Assembly: GCA_018238545.1 (NCBI GenBank) | Contig: JABCTC010000004.1 | Coordinates: 48,416 to 112,415 of the forward strand | DNA length: 64,000 nucleotides | Source of the DNA: Candidatus Heimdallarchaeota archaeon | Lineage (GTDB): Archaea; Asgardarchaeota; Heimdallarchaeia; Heimdallarchaeales; Heimdallarchaeaceae | Direction of reading: 5' to 3' | Shown here: piece by piece, positions 19,104-29,137 of the stretch | Layout: each line of letters starts with the position of its first letter | Numbering within the stretch: position 1 is the stretch's first letter | Program-made: the position numbers and the translations under genes | Notes under the pieces: model-generated | Databases searched by the model: none | What the model was told of the DNA's origin: nothing | Seen by the model: the letters and a program-made list of their open reading frames with translations, nothing else

Positions 19104-20147
19104 TTATTTAAAAAATAAAGCCCAGATCCAGTCTACAAGGGTATGTAAGAGCATAGCTGAGAATAGCCCCCCTTTCCACCAAGAATAACCATATGCTATC
19201 CCGGCTATTGAAGCAAGCAAGATATAAACCCAGATGAATTCAGAAGAAGTATTATTCCAGTGGCTTGCTCCAAAGATAATAGAAGCAACAATTAGAACTA
19301 TCCATCTCCAATACTTGTAGAAATTTTTCTCCTTATCTATAACATTCTCAGTTAATTGATGTTGAATCACTGCTCTTGCAATTAGTTCTTCCGGTAAAGC
19401 AATTGTTAACCAAATACCGATAAATGAGAAAATGAATAGGAGAAAACCTGGCCAACTTGGAGACCAAGTAAGAAAACCTGTAGCTAAACCAATAGGTACT
19501 GAAATGATCACTAAACCTGCACTTAACACAGATGGATAAAGAAGCTTCTTTATTGACGGTTTCCAATTCACTTTCTTTGTATAGTCTTTCATTTGAACAG
19601 AATAGAGGAGAAGAATAAGCGAACTAACCCATAGAGCATTGAATGTATATTCCATTGAAACGAATCCTGATGCTGCTGCTTCAGTATATCTATTATCAAA
19701 ACCAATAGCAAATAGAAGAACGCTTACTATCGAGAAAATAAAGTTAAAGCGGGTTTTAGGAATACAAATTGGAATAATGAAGAGAACAGTAGGTAACACA
19801 TACCACAATAGGAATGAAGTAAAAGCAGAAAGGATATCGGTTGAGTAAAACCAATTAATAATTGGTAAAAACAATAGATACAACACTAAAACAGGGTAAA
19901 AATGCAAGTGATTTTTAAAATAATCGATTATAATTTCATTAATCGGAGGTATTAGGAGGATGAAAATTATTATTGCCAATAGAAATATTAAACTGCAAAA
20001 TAGTACAGTTTGTGAAATAAGAATCTGATCAGAAATGTCCTTTTGCGGTTCCATTAAACCTACAGCCAAACTCAACAAACCAGCAATAAGTGGGATGAAA
20101 ATTAGTTCGAGTATTATAGTAGTTTTTTTACTTATCATCTTATTCAT
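19104..20147 (-). CDS. CPBP family intramembrane glutamic endopeptidase (Abi/CAAX type II)
   Basis: LPEELIAR, FGASH, LLHTLVD motifs in a polytopic membrane protein. Confidence 0.88.
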   Translation of the reverse strand: MNKMISKKTTIILELIFIPLIAGLLSLAVGLMEPQKDISDQILISQTVLFCSLIFLLAIIIFILLIPPINEIIIDYFKNHLHFYPVLVLYLLFLPIINWFYSTDILSAFTSFLLWYVLPTVLFIIPICIPKTRFNFIFSIVSVLLFAIGFDNRYTEAAASGFVSMEYTFNALWVSSLILLLYSVQMKDYTKKVNWKPSIKKLLYPSVLSAGLVIISVPIGLATGFLTWSPSWPGFLLFIFSFIGIWLTIALPEELIARAVIQHQLTENVIDKEKNFYKYWRWIVLIVASIIFGASHWNNTSSEFIWVYILLASIAGIAYGYSWWKGGLFSAMLLHTLVDWIWALFFK

Positions 20148-20898
20148 CTTTCTTTTTCTTCCCTACTGAGGCTAAATATATAACGAATTGCTCTTCTCCA
20201 TCGATTCTTAAAGCATCATTCAACAGATTATCATCAAATGCAGCAACAGCACAAATTCCAGCTTGTATTGCTTCAGCTGCAAGGTACAAGTTCTGACAAA
20301 CATGCCCAACATCAATATGTAAATAGCGATAACTTCGTTCACTGTATCGATAGACCATTCTATAAGGAACTGCTGTCCAAATGAATGTTACTGAGTTATT
20401 CTTGAGAAACTTCTGGTTCAAAGCAGCTTTGACTATCACATCTGATATGTTTTCATCAAAAACATATTCAACTAGTTTATGATCTGATGCAACATAACGA
20501 TATAGACCTTGTTCCAGAGTTTCAACGTTATTAATCAACAAATAAGTTTCAAGAGCATGTCGCGCTCCTGCACTAGGTACATTCCGAAGAGTTATGGTGT
20601 CCTGCACGTATTCTCGAATACCTTGAGTACTCCAAAGCAACCATGAAAGCTCTTTAAGTGTCATTTTTTTATCAGAATAATTACGAATACTTTTTCTGTC
20701 TTCTATTGCAGATTTCAATGTACATTGATCAAAATCTAACGTTTCTGGTTTGGGTAAATCAAAGGATTTCATCTTGTGTGCATACTCTATTTCAAAATGA
20801 GGTGTTGGTAAACCTTGACTCTGATCTGATGGAGTAACATAACTATATTGAGTTTTCTTCATGAATTCTTTTCCAATATGATCCTTCATTATTCTCAC
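20140..20898 (-). CDS. SagB/ThcOx-family nitroreductase-like oxidoreductase
   Basis: RKSIRNY, LRNVPSAGARHALETY, GHVCQNLYL, AFDD. Confidence 0.88.
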   Translation of the reverse strand: MRIMKDHIGKEFMKKTQYSYVTPSDQSQGLPTPHFEIEYAHKMKSFDLPKPETLDFDQCTLKSAIEDRKSIRNYSDKKMTLKELSWLLWSTQGIREYVQDTITLRNVPSAGARHALETYLLINNVETLEQGLYRYVASDHKLVEYVFDENISDVIVKAALNQKFLKNNSVTFIWTAVPYRMVYRYSERSYRYLHIDVGHVCQNLYLAAEAIQAGICAVAAFDDNLLNDALRIDGEEQFVIYLASVGKKKKDE

Positions 20899-20975
20899 AG
20901 TTGCTTATAATTCAAATAAACTATAATAGAACGATAATATAAAAATAGCTCATTAAATTGATATAGGATGAATAA

Positions 20976-22046
20976 TTATGCACCATTCAATTTTCTATCA
21001 AGTTCAGCTAAATCGAATTTATACATAGTTTGAGCAATATTAAGTTTGAAACCCATCCTATCATTAATCGATATCATAGGTTCGTTTGAGATAGCATTAT
21101 CTGTTTGAATGTACTTGGTTTCAGAAAAATTGTCTTTAATATAGAGAAGCATATTAGATTTAAGCCATTTGCCCAATCCTCTTCCACGATATTCTTGCTT
21201 TACACCAGTTAAGAGTTGCATAATCCTTTCAGGCATTTCAGGGATCTGTAAAAATTCTGTTAAACCACTTATTTTACCATCTTTTTCTCGAGTGATTTTT
21301 GTATACCATTTTAGACCTTGTTGTTTGAGTTGTTCTTCTTGTAATCGTCTTGACTCTGGGGTTACACGCATTTCCGCTTCAATTTCGCCAAAAGGTTGTT
21401 GATTAATGGTTTCTGTGTAGAGATTTACATATTCTGCAAGAATATCTTCAGGACAATCAGTGAATGAGTGCAGAGTTACACCTTCTTTTTCCGCTGTCAC
21501 ATCTCCTTCATTTTTCCACTGCTCGATCATTGACCAATTAACTTCGTTTATGTGTAAACGATTTTCAGCAGCTTCTAGAGCGACATCTCCACCAAATTTC
21601 TTACAAAACTTGTGACCTGAATCAAGATTAACATCAACTAAGAGCGTGTCTACATACTTATCTTCCTTAGCTTTCTCAATAATAATTTTAAGGGCTTTGC
21701 TTCCAATTCCTCTTTTTCGGTAATCTTTGTCAACATCCAAACGGATGTCTGCGTTATGCTTATTTTCTTGATATGCTGGATCTTTTTTAGTTGAAAAACC
21801 TATTCTAGCAATTCCAATAGCTCTTTCTTTTTCAAGCTCTTTTCTGAGAACTAACCACCAGTATCGTTTAACTTCAGGTATTTTTGTAGTCATCATTCTC
21901 CGTAACAAAGCTCTTGGAGGTGGAGATTCACCAGGTCTTTTTTCTTCACCAAGCTTTTCTGCTAATTCAAAGTATAGATTGTAAAGCTTGTCTGAAGCTT
22001 TATGTGTATCGAATTCCACAATACGCATATCACCAGAAGTCATCAT
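20976..22046 (-). CDS. Tandem GNAT N-acetyltransferase
   Basis: Two acetyl-CoA motifs, VDKDYRKRGIG and TGVKQEYRGRGLG; N..M..IN.RMGF. Confidence 0.88.
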   Translation of the reverse strand: MMTSGDMRIVEFDTHKASDKLYNLYFELAEKLGEEKRPGESPPPRALLRRMMTTKIPEVKRYWWLVLRKELEKERAIGIARIGFSTKKDPAYQENKHNADIRLDVDKDYRKRGIGSKALKIIIEKAKEDKYVDTLLVDVNLDSGHKFCKKFGGDVALEAAENRLHINEVNWSMIEQWKNEGDVTAEKEGVTLHSFTDCPEDILAEYVNLYTETINQQPFGEIEAEMRVTPESRRLQEEQLKQQGLKWYTKITREKDGKISGLTEFLQIPEMPERIMQLLTGVKQEYRGRGLGKWLKSNMLLYIKDNFSETKYIQTDNAISNEPMISINDRMGFKLNIAQTMYKFDLAELDRKLNGA

Positions 22047-22109
22047 GCGTTATTCTTATTCCTATTTATATAATTAAGCAAAGAGGCCACTCAAAAGAAA
22101 AAAGAGAGA

Positions 22110-22946
22110 TTATTGAAAGGAAGCAACTATCATCCCATAATAACTAGGGCACTCATAAACGCAATCTTTGTTCTTTAAATCCTTACTTTTGATAATACCT
22201 AAAAGGATTAACATCTGCCAAACGCTATCAGGTTTCGCGCTCTCAATAAAATCCTTTGAGAGTCCTACAAGATTCTCCATTTCGTTCTCTCGAATCCATT
22301 CGGCAATTAATTTATCAAATTCTTTAGCAGAAGGGTCATAACCATAAGGTCCATTTTCATCATGAGCATGAGCATGATCAGCACTAGCAATGAAGACAAC
22401 TTCCTTTTCATATTCATCACTGACTTGTGCAATTATCTCACCAAAATGGATTAAATCATCCCAAGGGATATCTCTTGAAGGAGTAACAAGAACTATCAGA
22501 GGAGGAGACTTGTTGTTTGCTTTGTAAGCTTCCTGTATGAACCAAAGAGGTATCAAAGTACCCCAATCCATTTTATGGGTAGAATATTCACCGCTCGCAG
22601 CACCATAATTTACAGCTACTACAGGTAAATTATTCTCCTTTGCTTTCATGTAAATAGCTGAACCAAATGATCTGTCACATGCACTAGTTACCGTAACACT
22701 TTTTGATTTATCATCATTCCACCAGGTCCCCTCACACCATTCTGATGTTATTATTCCTATATGTTCAACTATCCTAAGATTATGTGGAGAAGCAATAACA
22801 ATCACATCAGGATCGACATTACAAATATCTAGAGATGATTTCACCATAGCTTGTGAGAGTCTTTCCCATTCTTCTCCCATATCAGGGTAGATTTCAGAGA
22901 TCAAATTAAAACCATGAGGCATTATTGAGGCATAACGAATGGCCAT
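22110..22946 (-). CDS. LigB/extradiol dioxygenase class III-like protein
   Basis: IMPHG, ASPHN, DWGTLIPL, ASADHAHAH, YYGM; start moved to MAIRY at 22946. Confidence 0.75.
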   Translation of the reverse strand: MAIRYASIMPHGFNLISEIYPDMGEEWERLSQAMVKSSLDICNVDPDVIVIASPHNLRIVEHIGIITSEWCEGTWWNDDKSKSVTVTSACDRSFGSAIYMKAKENNLPVVAVNYGAASGEYSTHKMDWGTLIPLWFIQEAYKANNKSPPLIVLVTPSRDIPWDDLIHFGEIIAQVSDEYEKEVVFIASADHAHAHDENGPYGYDPSAKEFDKLIAEWIRENEMENLVGLSKDFIESAKPDSVWQMLILLGIIKSKDLKNKDCVYECPSYYGMIVASFQ

Positions 22947-23040
22947 GAACGCCAATATTTGATAGCATTCTTTAGTTTTGTGAACAAGCAACAGAATTTT
23001 GGAGAATAAGAATTAAAAAAGGGTATATCTATATTTATTT

Positions 23041-24612
23041 GTGACCTTCAATATGAAGAGAAAAATCATCTTACTATCAATATTATTACTTTTTGCAAAC
23101 ATCACTTTAATTACAAAAGAACCTCAATCCCAAGTAAGATATCTTTTAGGAAAACCTATCATTGAGAGTTCAGAGGGATATTTTGAAGGATACAATTTAT
23201 TCATTCTTGAAAGAAGAAACATTAGTGACTATACAACTGTTGACAAAACTCTATTTATAGTAGATATGGATGGGAAGATAATAATTGAAAAAGATGTTGG
23301 GACAGACGCTTTCCTAGGCGTTGAATTCATTAATTCTACAACTCTACTTTATGGTAATTATGAGGGGGGCCTTTTGTGGAATATTGAAACTGATGTCGAA
23401 GAACAACTGCATTTTAAGGGGCATCATGAATATGAATGGAACCCCATTGATAACACCTATTTCACGCTTAATCAATACTTAGTATTTTATGATGGTCTAG
23501 ACTACGTTTATGATAGAATCGCCGAATTTACTCCAGAGGGAGAGATGATATGGAGTGTAAATATGAGTGAGTTTGTGCCTTTTGAGCATTGGTGTCCGTT
23601 TCAAGGTACAGAGTATGAAGGGATGGCGGATATTACACATGCAAATTCAATCTTTTATGACGATGTTGAAGATGTAATATATGTTAATTGCAGAAATACC
23701 AACACTTTCTATAAAATCGATCACGAAACAGGAGAACTGCTATGGTCATTAGGTGAATATGGTGATTTCGAATTATATGATATTGAAGGAAATCTAAAAG
23801 AGAGTCTCTTTTACCATGGACATGCTTTAGAAAAAATTAACGATGACACATTTATTTACTTTGATAACGACCAACACAACCAAGAAGATGCTCAAAACAG
23901 AGAATCTAGAATCATTGAGATTCAGATAGATGAAGTCTCAAGGGAAGCGCGAATTATTTGGCAATGGGTGTCTTCTGATGAATATCATTCAGCTTGGTGG
24001 GGTGATGCAGATCTATTACCAAATGGCAACAGATTAGGAACTTTTGGTACTTTAGATCATAGTGGATCAACTTCTATTGGGGCACGTTTGGTTGAAGTGT
24101 CTAATGAAGGGGACATCGTTTGGGAGATGAAGTATCCAAAAGATGGTGATATAGCTCATGGAGTGTATAGGATGGAAAGGATTGATTTTGCACCTATTCT
24201 TCAAGTTAATGAAACTTACTGGATTAAATCAGGAGAAGAAGCTATTGTTTATTGGGAAGCATTCTACAATTATCGTAATAAATATGAACAATCAGGATTA
24301 TATTCAATATTTTTTGAAGGGATAGAAATTGAAACCAACTCTGTGAATTTTGAAAGATATTGGCAACCTACAGAAAAAAGTATAAATCTTGGATTACTGG
24401 AAGATGGGAATTACAATGTAACATTTGTAATTCAGGATGAAATCTCACATCTTAACAGCCAATGTGTGAATTTGACAGTATCAAAATATACGCCTGATGT
24501 GGGTAAAACAGAAGGTTTTGCCTTAGTATCAGTTCTTCTTCCATGTTCAATATTAATGGTTCTGGTTATTAGAAAGAGATTTCTTAAAAATAAAAACAAG
24601 CTGTGTTCATAG
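23041..24612 (+). CDS. Aryl-sulfate sulfotransferase (ASST), secreted and C-terminally anchored
   Basis: HHEY, DITHANSI, LLWSLG, FYHGHA, FDND, GDADLLPNGN; signal peptide and C-terminal TM+basic tail. Confidence 0.85.
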   Translation: MTFNMKRKIILLSILLLFANITLITKEPQSQVRYLLGKPIIESSEGYFEGYNLFILERRNISDYTTVDKTLFIVDMDGKIIIEKDVGTDAFLGVEFINSTTLLYGNYEGGLLWNIETDVEEQLHFKGHHEYEWNPIDNTYFTLNQYLVFYDGLDYVYDRIAEFTPEGEMIWSVNMSEFVPFEHWCPFQGTEYEGMADITHANSIFYDDVEDVIYVNCRNTNTFYKIDHETGELLWSLGEYGDFELYDIEGNLKESLFYHGHALEKINDDTFIYFDNDQHNQEDAQNRESRIIEIQIDEVSREARIIWQWVSSDEYHSAWWGDADLLPNGNRLGTFGTLDHSGSTSIGARLVEVSNEGDIVWEMKYPKDGDIAHGVYRMERIDFAPILQVNETYWIKSGEEAIVYWEAFYNYRNKYEQSGLYSIFFEGIEIETNSVNFERYWQPTEKSINLGLLEDGNYNVTFVIQDEISHLNSQCVNLTVSKYTPDVGKTEGFALVSVLLPCSILMVLVIRKRFLKNKNKLCS

Positions 24613-24625
24613 GTCTAGGAATATG

Positions 24626-24660
24626 ATCATTGGAGGAATTTTGTTCAGTAAGAAAAAGAA
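24626..24660 (+). repeat. 35-bp direct repeat, copy 1 (intergenic)
   Basis: atcattggaggaattttgttcagtaagaaaaagaa, identical to 26100-26134. Confidence 0.95.
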
Positions 24661-24805
24661 AATGGATTAGTAGACAAGTTACAACAATACTTTTTAATGT
24701 CAATTTTAATTATAGAGCTCTTAGTAAAATAAAATGGTATTAATAGACAACACTAACAATCTGAAACAACGTCTAGAACAAGATTCCTAGTGAAAAGGTG
24801 AAAAA

Positions 24806-25471
24806 ATGAGAAAGAAAAAGATAATATTAGTATTTGTTATTACTTGTATGCTCAACTTTGCATTTTTATCTTCGTTAAGCCAAGCAAGTTCAGAGTATTT
24901 ATTTTTTGGTCAATATGTTTACGAAGGAAAAAAAGTAAAGGAAAATGCAGAAATTGAATGGTCTTTTAGTGGATCAAATTCATATGTTGGCATTATAGTA
25001 ATGGCAATGGATGAATACAATTTCAATAAATTTGACAATGGGGATATGTCTGCTTACGCATATTTCTTATCAAATGGGAATTATATTGCTGACTACGGAA
25101 CTTTCAAAGCTAAATCGGATGACGTGTGGTATATTGTTTTCTGGAATTTCGATGCGGTTATTGAATCAACCTCACTAACATACAAAGTTAAGTTTCCAGG
25201 CGTGAGTATTGGTTTAATCATTGGAATCGTAATAGGTGTTATAGTAGTTATAGCAATCATTGGTGTGGTTGTAAGTTCAAATAAGAAGAAAAAAGCTTCT
25301 ATGATGCCAGCAGCTGCACAACCAGGTGTATATCAACCTTATGCGCCAGCACAACCTACGGAACAACAGCCTTATGCACCAGCTCAACCAGCAGTAAGCA
25401 CAAAAGTTTGTTCTAGCTGTGGGGCTTCAATGGAAGGAAGTTTCTGCACAAGTTGTGGATCAAAAATGTAA
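24806..25471 (+). CDS. Type-I membrane protein: beta-sandwich ectodomain, TM, Pro/Gln linker, C-terminal zinc ribbon
   Basis: GGTGA RBS; signal peptide; IEWSF...GTF...DVWYIVF; TM; QPYAPAQP twice; CSSCG...FCTSCG. Confidence 0.8.
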   Translation: MRKKKIILVFVITCMLNFAFLSSLSQASSEYLFFGQYVYEGKKVKENAEIEWSFSGSNSYVGIIVMAMDEYNFNKFDNGDMSAYAYFLSNGNYIADYGTFKAKSDDVWYIVFWNFDAVIESTSLTYKVKFPGVSIGLIIGIVIGVIVVIAIIGVVVSSNKKKKASMMPAAAQPGVYQPYAPAQPTEQQPYAPAQPAVSTKVCSSCGASMEGSFCTSCGSKM

Positions 25472-25585
25472 TTCAACCAAAATAGATAAGGAAACCTAAC
25501 ACTTTCCTTTCTTTTTAACTAATTCAAAACAATGAGAATGAAAAAGATAAGATATGTTTATAATATTGGTTTAGTATAACTCTAG

Positions 25586-25637
25586 TATAGATTTCTGAAA
25601 TTCTACCAAAATTTCGTAGGATTTTCAGAGAGCTATA
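25586..25637. other. Imperfect inverted repeat/hairpin upstream of 25653
   Basis: tatag..tctgaaattctac / gtaggattttcaga..ctata. Confidence 0.5.
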
Positions 25638-25652
25638 ATTTGAGGGAATAAA

Positions 25653-26144
25653 ATGAAAAATCAAAAAATCGTTTCACTTATTTTTATCTTAATATTTCTA
25701 AATATCATTATTTCTGTATCGAAAAGTCAAGCTGTAACATATACTGAAAATATTATTCTAGCTCCAGGAGATTATGTATATGTTAACGAAAGAATGTCTT
25801 TGGAATCAGAAATTGAATGGAGATTTGCTAGAAGAGGAGAGGGTGTTATTTATGTGGTTGCTTTTGATCAAGAGAATTTCGATTTATATGAGAGTGGTGA
25901 AACTTATTCATATAATAGTTTATCAATATCATCATTATTTATGGATTCTGGAATTTTTAATGTTCCTAAATCAGATAATTGGCATATAGTTTTCATTTGT
26001 ATATTGACATATACAAATTTAACATATGAAGTTACTTTTCATAAACCAAATCTGGGGGTGATATTAGGAATAACAGGAGGGGTGATAGGGATAGGGATAA
26101 TCATTGGAGGAATTTTGTTCAGTAAGAAAAAGAAGAAAAATTGA
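25653..26144 (+). CDS. Paralog of 24806 (ectodomain + TM + KKKKKN tail; no zinc ribbon)
   Basis: IEWRF, VVAFDQENF, SGIFNVPKSDNWHIVF and LTYEVTF align with the upstream gene. Confidence 0.8.
   Translation: MKNQKIVSLIFILIFLNIIISVSKSQAVTYTENIILAPGDYVYVNERMSLESEIEWRFARRGEGVIYVVAFDQENFDLYESGETYSYNSLSISSLFMDSGIFNVPKSDNWHIVFICILTYTNLTYEVTFHKPNLGVILGITGGVIGIGIIIGGILFSKKKKKN
26100..26134 (+). repeat. 35-bp direct repeat, copy 2 (3' end of CDS 25653)
   Basis: Identical to 24626-24660. Confidence 0.95.
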
Positions 26145-26164
26145 GGGTTTAATCTCATTTTTAT

Positions 26165-27412
26165 TTATTTCTTAATTTCATAGTCCTTTAAGTCTTTCAA
26201 GAAGAAAGCTAATACTGTGGCAATTGCAAATAATACAGCATAGATAATGAAATTGTATTTGATTCCAGCTGGAGGGATAAACATCACTAATGCAATCAAC
26301 AAAATCCCACTTAATTGCCCACTCCACATGAGCCAGCCATTTGAAGTTTCTTCTGGTACAGGATAAGTCATTTCAGCACCAAACGTAAATCCTATAGGCA
26401 AAGCTGATATCAACATAAAACCAAAGAAGAATGCAATTATCAGTAATGCTATGAAATCCTTAATGAAATAGAATAAAAGTGCAAAAACTGTACTTGTACT
26501 AACAGCTAGTATTAAGAAAATCTTTCTTTTCCTGAACTTATCGGATAAAGTGGAAAGAATTACTGCTCCAAAAATTCCGCCCAATATCATTACACCACCA
26601 AGAATACCAATTGCATCTTCACCTAAAACAATGGGAACATTAGTCATATCTGCAAATAAAAGGTCAATTCCAGTGCTTAAAGAATTGAAGATACCAGCAC
26701 CAAGTAATACAAGTATAAACAAGAGCAGAAAATCTATTCGGAAAAGATCTCGAGTTCCTTTTATCCCTAATTCCATAGGTTTATCACTATAAGCGTTTGG
26801 AGGACTATCAGGTTTGTCTTTTACAAATATCAAATAAAGAACCATAAAGAATAAAGCTCCACCTCCTAAGATGTAAAGAATTGTACCAATTCCTGCGCTT
26901 AAAAACATACCAGGTAAAAACATTCCAAGTGCAGCACCAAGAAGAATCCCCACTGTCCCTAGACTTACTGCCAAAGCTTTCTCTTTCTCTGGAAACCAAT
27001 TTATTGCTAGTTTTGTGAAGGAATTGAGTACAAAAGGCTGCCCTATAGCACACATTATTTGAAATGCAAAAACTACCCAATAATTTGGAACAATTGCCCG
27101 CAAAAAACCAAAAACACCTGTTAGGATTACACCTATTCCAGTACCCCACTTAAGTCCAAATTTTTCTATTCCTTTACTTGCAAAGTAGTTTACTGGAAGG
27201 TAAACAATCATGAACACCATTGATAACAACAAAATTAAATTCAAACTTGTTGTGCTTTCATTACCAAAGAAATATTGTGCGGCTTCCGTAGTTATTGGAG
27301 CAAATGAAATCCAAATCATCTGCGTCATAATTGCCATTAATATAAAAAATATAAGGACAACCCATCTATAGGATGACACTTCATATTTTGTTTCTGAATT
27401 TACTGTAGACAT
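26165..27412 (-). CDS. MFS transporter (FLVCR/SLC49-like)
   Basis: YRWVVL, WISFAPI, GQPFVLN, WFPEKEKALA, PDSPP, AEMTYPVPE; about 12 TM. Confidence 0.88.
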   Translation of the reverse strand: MSTVNSETKYEVSSYRWVVLIFFILMAIMTQMIWISFAPITTEAAQYFFGNESTTSLNLILLLSMVFMIVYLPVNYFASKGIEKFGLKWGTGIGVILTGVFGFLRAIVPNYWVVFAFQIMCAIGQPFVLNSFTKLAINWFPEKEKALAVSLGTVGILLGAALGMFLPGMFLSAGIGTILYILGGGALFFMVLYLIFVKDKPDSPPNAYSDKPMELGIKGTRDLFRIDFLLLFILVLLGAGIFNSLSTGIDLLFADMTNVPIVLGEDAIGILGGVMILGGIFGAVILSTLSDKFRKRKIFLILAVSTSTVFALLFYFIKDFIALLIIAFFFGFMLISALPIGFTFGAEMTYPVPEETSNGWLMWSGQLSGILLIALVMFIPPAGIKYNFIIYAVLFAIATVLAFFLKDLKDYEIKK

Positions 27413-27461
27413 AAGGAATCTTCATTATTGCTTCTTTAAAAAGTTTAAGAGGCATTATAAT

Positions 27462-28313
27462 TCAATCATGTTTTGTGAAAATTCCGTTCTTATACTCCTC
27501 AAAAGCAACTCTAAGTTCTTCTTGAGTGTTCATAACTATAGGACCAGACCATGCAACGGATTCTTTGATAGGTTTCCCAGAAATTAGAAGCAAACGAAGT
27601 TTGGATGCAGATGTTGATATTTGTATCTCATCACCATCTTCCAACACAACTAGATGGTGTTTTACTACTTTCTTTTTCTTCTTATCATCAAAGAATCCTT
27701 CACCTTCAATTACATATGCGAAAGAGTTATGATCGTCTTTTATGGGGTGTTTGAAAACAGCATTTGGTTGCATAGTTACGTCGAGATATTCAGGTTCAGT
27801 AACTATATCTTGTACTGGACCTTTAATCCCTTCAACTTCTCCACAGATAACTTTTACACTGATTTTATCACCTATTTGAACAGTAGGTATTTCAGATTGC
27901 TTAACTTCTTGATAACGAGGATGCATCATTTTATTCGAAGAAGGTAGATTAGCCCAAAGTTGGAAACCAGCCATTAATCCGTTAGTTTTTTCAGGCATTT
28001 CTTGATGGATAATTCCACTACCAGCAGTCATCCACTGAACATCTCCTTGTCCTATCACACCAGCATTACCTAAAATGTCTTCATGTTTAACTTCACCATG
28101 AAGAATATAGGTAATAGTTTCTATTCCTCTGTGTGGATGCCATGGAAAACCTGACATATAATCATCTGGATTTTCAGAACCAAAATCATCTAAAAGCAGA
28201 AAAGGATCTAGTTTCGGGTGATCTTGACCAAAAGCTCTTCTAAGTCTAACTCCTGCACCTTCCATAGTAGTTTGACTTTCCATTATTTGGTATATAGTTC
28301 TTGTTTTTGCCAT
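27462..28313 (-). CDS. Pirin family protein
   Basis: DPFLLLD, GFPWHPHRGIETITY, QWMTAGSGIIHQE, FQLWANLP, GPIVMN; ATG at 28313 follows a GGTGA RBS. Confidence 0.93.
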   Translation of the reverse strand: MAKTRTIYQIMESQTTMEGAGVRLRRAFGQDHPKLDPFLLLDDFGSENPDDYMSGFPWHPHRGIETITYILHGEVKHEDILGNAGVIGQGDVQWMTAGSGIIHQEMPEKTNGLMAGFQLWANLPSSNKMMHPRYQEVKQSEIPTVQIGDKISVKVICGEVEGIKGPVQDIVTEPEYLDVTMQPNAVFKHPIKDDHNSFAYVIEGEGFFDDKKKKKVVKHHLVVLEDGDEIQISTSASKLRLLLISGKPIKESVAWSGPIVMNTQEELRVAFEEYKNGIFTKHD

Positions 28314-28450
28314 GTAATTCACCTAAAATAAATCAATCTACTCTTGGAATGGAGTTATAAAATGATTCACTATTCACAAAAATGTTGGATTCAATTTTAG
28401 GACACATTATTAAGAGAAACCAATATTAAGCTTAATTTTCTTCTGAAACT

Positions 28451-29023
28451 ATGCCCTCCATTTATGATATAGCCTCACCATTCTTTGGAGACAAGATTAA
28501 ACTACGAGCAATAGAAATGAGTGACTTATCTGCTATAATGAAGCACTGGAACTCCTATGAAACCAGAGTTAGTTTAGGGAAATATGTTCCTTCATCTAGT
28601 AAAGATCGAGAAGATTGGATTAAAAAGGTCAATGAACATGCAAACAAAGGAGAAGCTTTCACATTTGCTATTGTCCATAAGGAATCTGAAGAATTCTTGG
28701 GTACTGTGGCACTCAAAAGAATAAATATGATTAATAGAGGAGCATCACTGAGCGTATCAATACATAACCCTGAAAATTATAACAAAGGATATGGTACAGG
28801 TGCTACAAGATGTATCCTCAAATTTGGTTTTAATATTTTGAATCTTCACAGGATAGAACTTCATGTTTACGAATTCACTGCAAATGCTGTTCATGTTTAT
28901 GAAAAACTGGGTTTCAAAAAAGTAGGAGTAAGAAGAGAAGCATCTTATATCATAGGTAAATACAGAAATGACCTTGTTATGGATATTTTAGAAGAAGAAT
29001 TTGACGAAATATATAGAAAATAA
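28451..29023 (+). CDS. RimJ/RimL/SpeG-type GNAT acetyltransferase
   Basis: IKLRAIE, NKGYGT, LNLHRIEL, YEKLGFKKVG. Confidence 0.88.
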   Translation: MPSIYDIASPFFGDKIKLRAIEMSDLSAIMKHWNSYETRVSLGKYVPSSSKDREDWIKKVNEHANKGEAFTFAIVHKESEEFLGTVALKRINMINRGASLSVSIHNPENYNKGYGTGATRCILKFGFNILNLHRIELHVYEFTANAVHVYEKLGFKKVGVRREASYIIGKYRNDLVMDILEEEFDEIYRK

Positions 29024-29137
29024 GTTCAAAAATACATTTAATTTGCTTTTCTTTTCTATAGCTGTTTTTTCAACGAATCTTCATATTTATATACTGAATT
29101 CAAGTGCTTGAGATATAAGCTCTGACAAATATTTTGG

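Noticed and set aside
18621-20898. Complete azole-RiPP cluster with the Cys/Trp-rich protein as precursor
   Set aside because: No YcaO or cyclodehydratase; the candidate is convergent, hydrophobic and lacks a leader/core layout
24626-26134. Integrated mobile element with att sites or target-site duplication
   Set aside because: The enclosed 1.5 kb has no mobility gene and the repeat is coding sequence for a TM tail; a duplication relic is simpler
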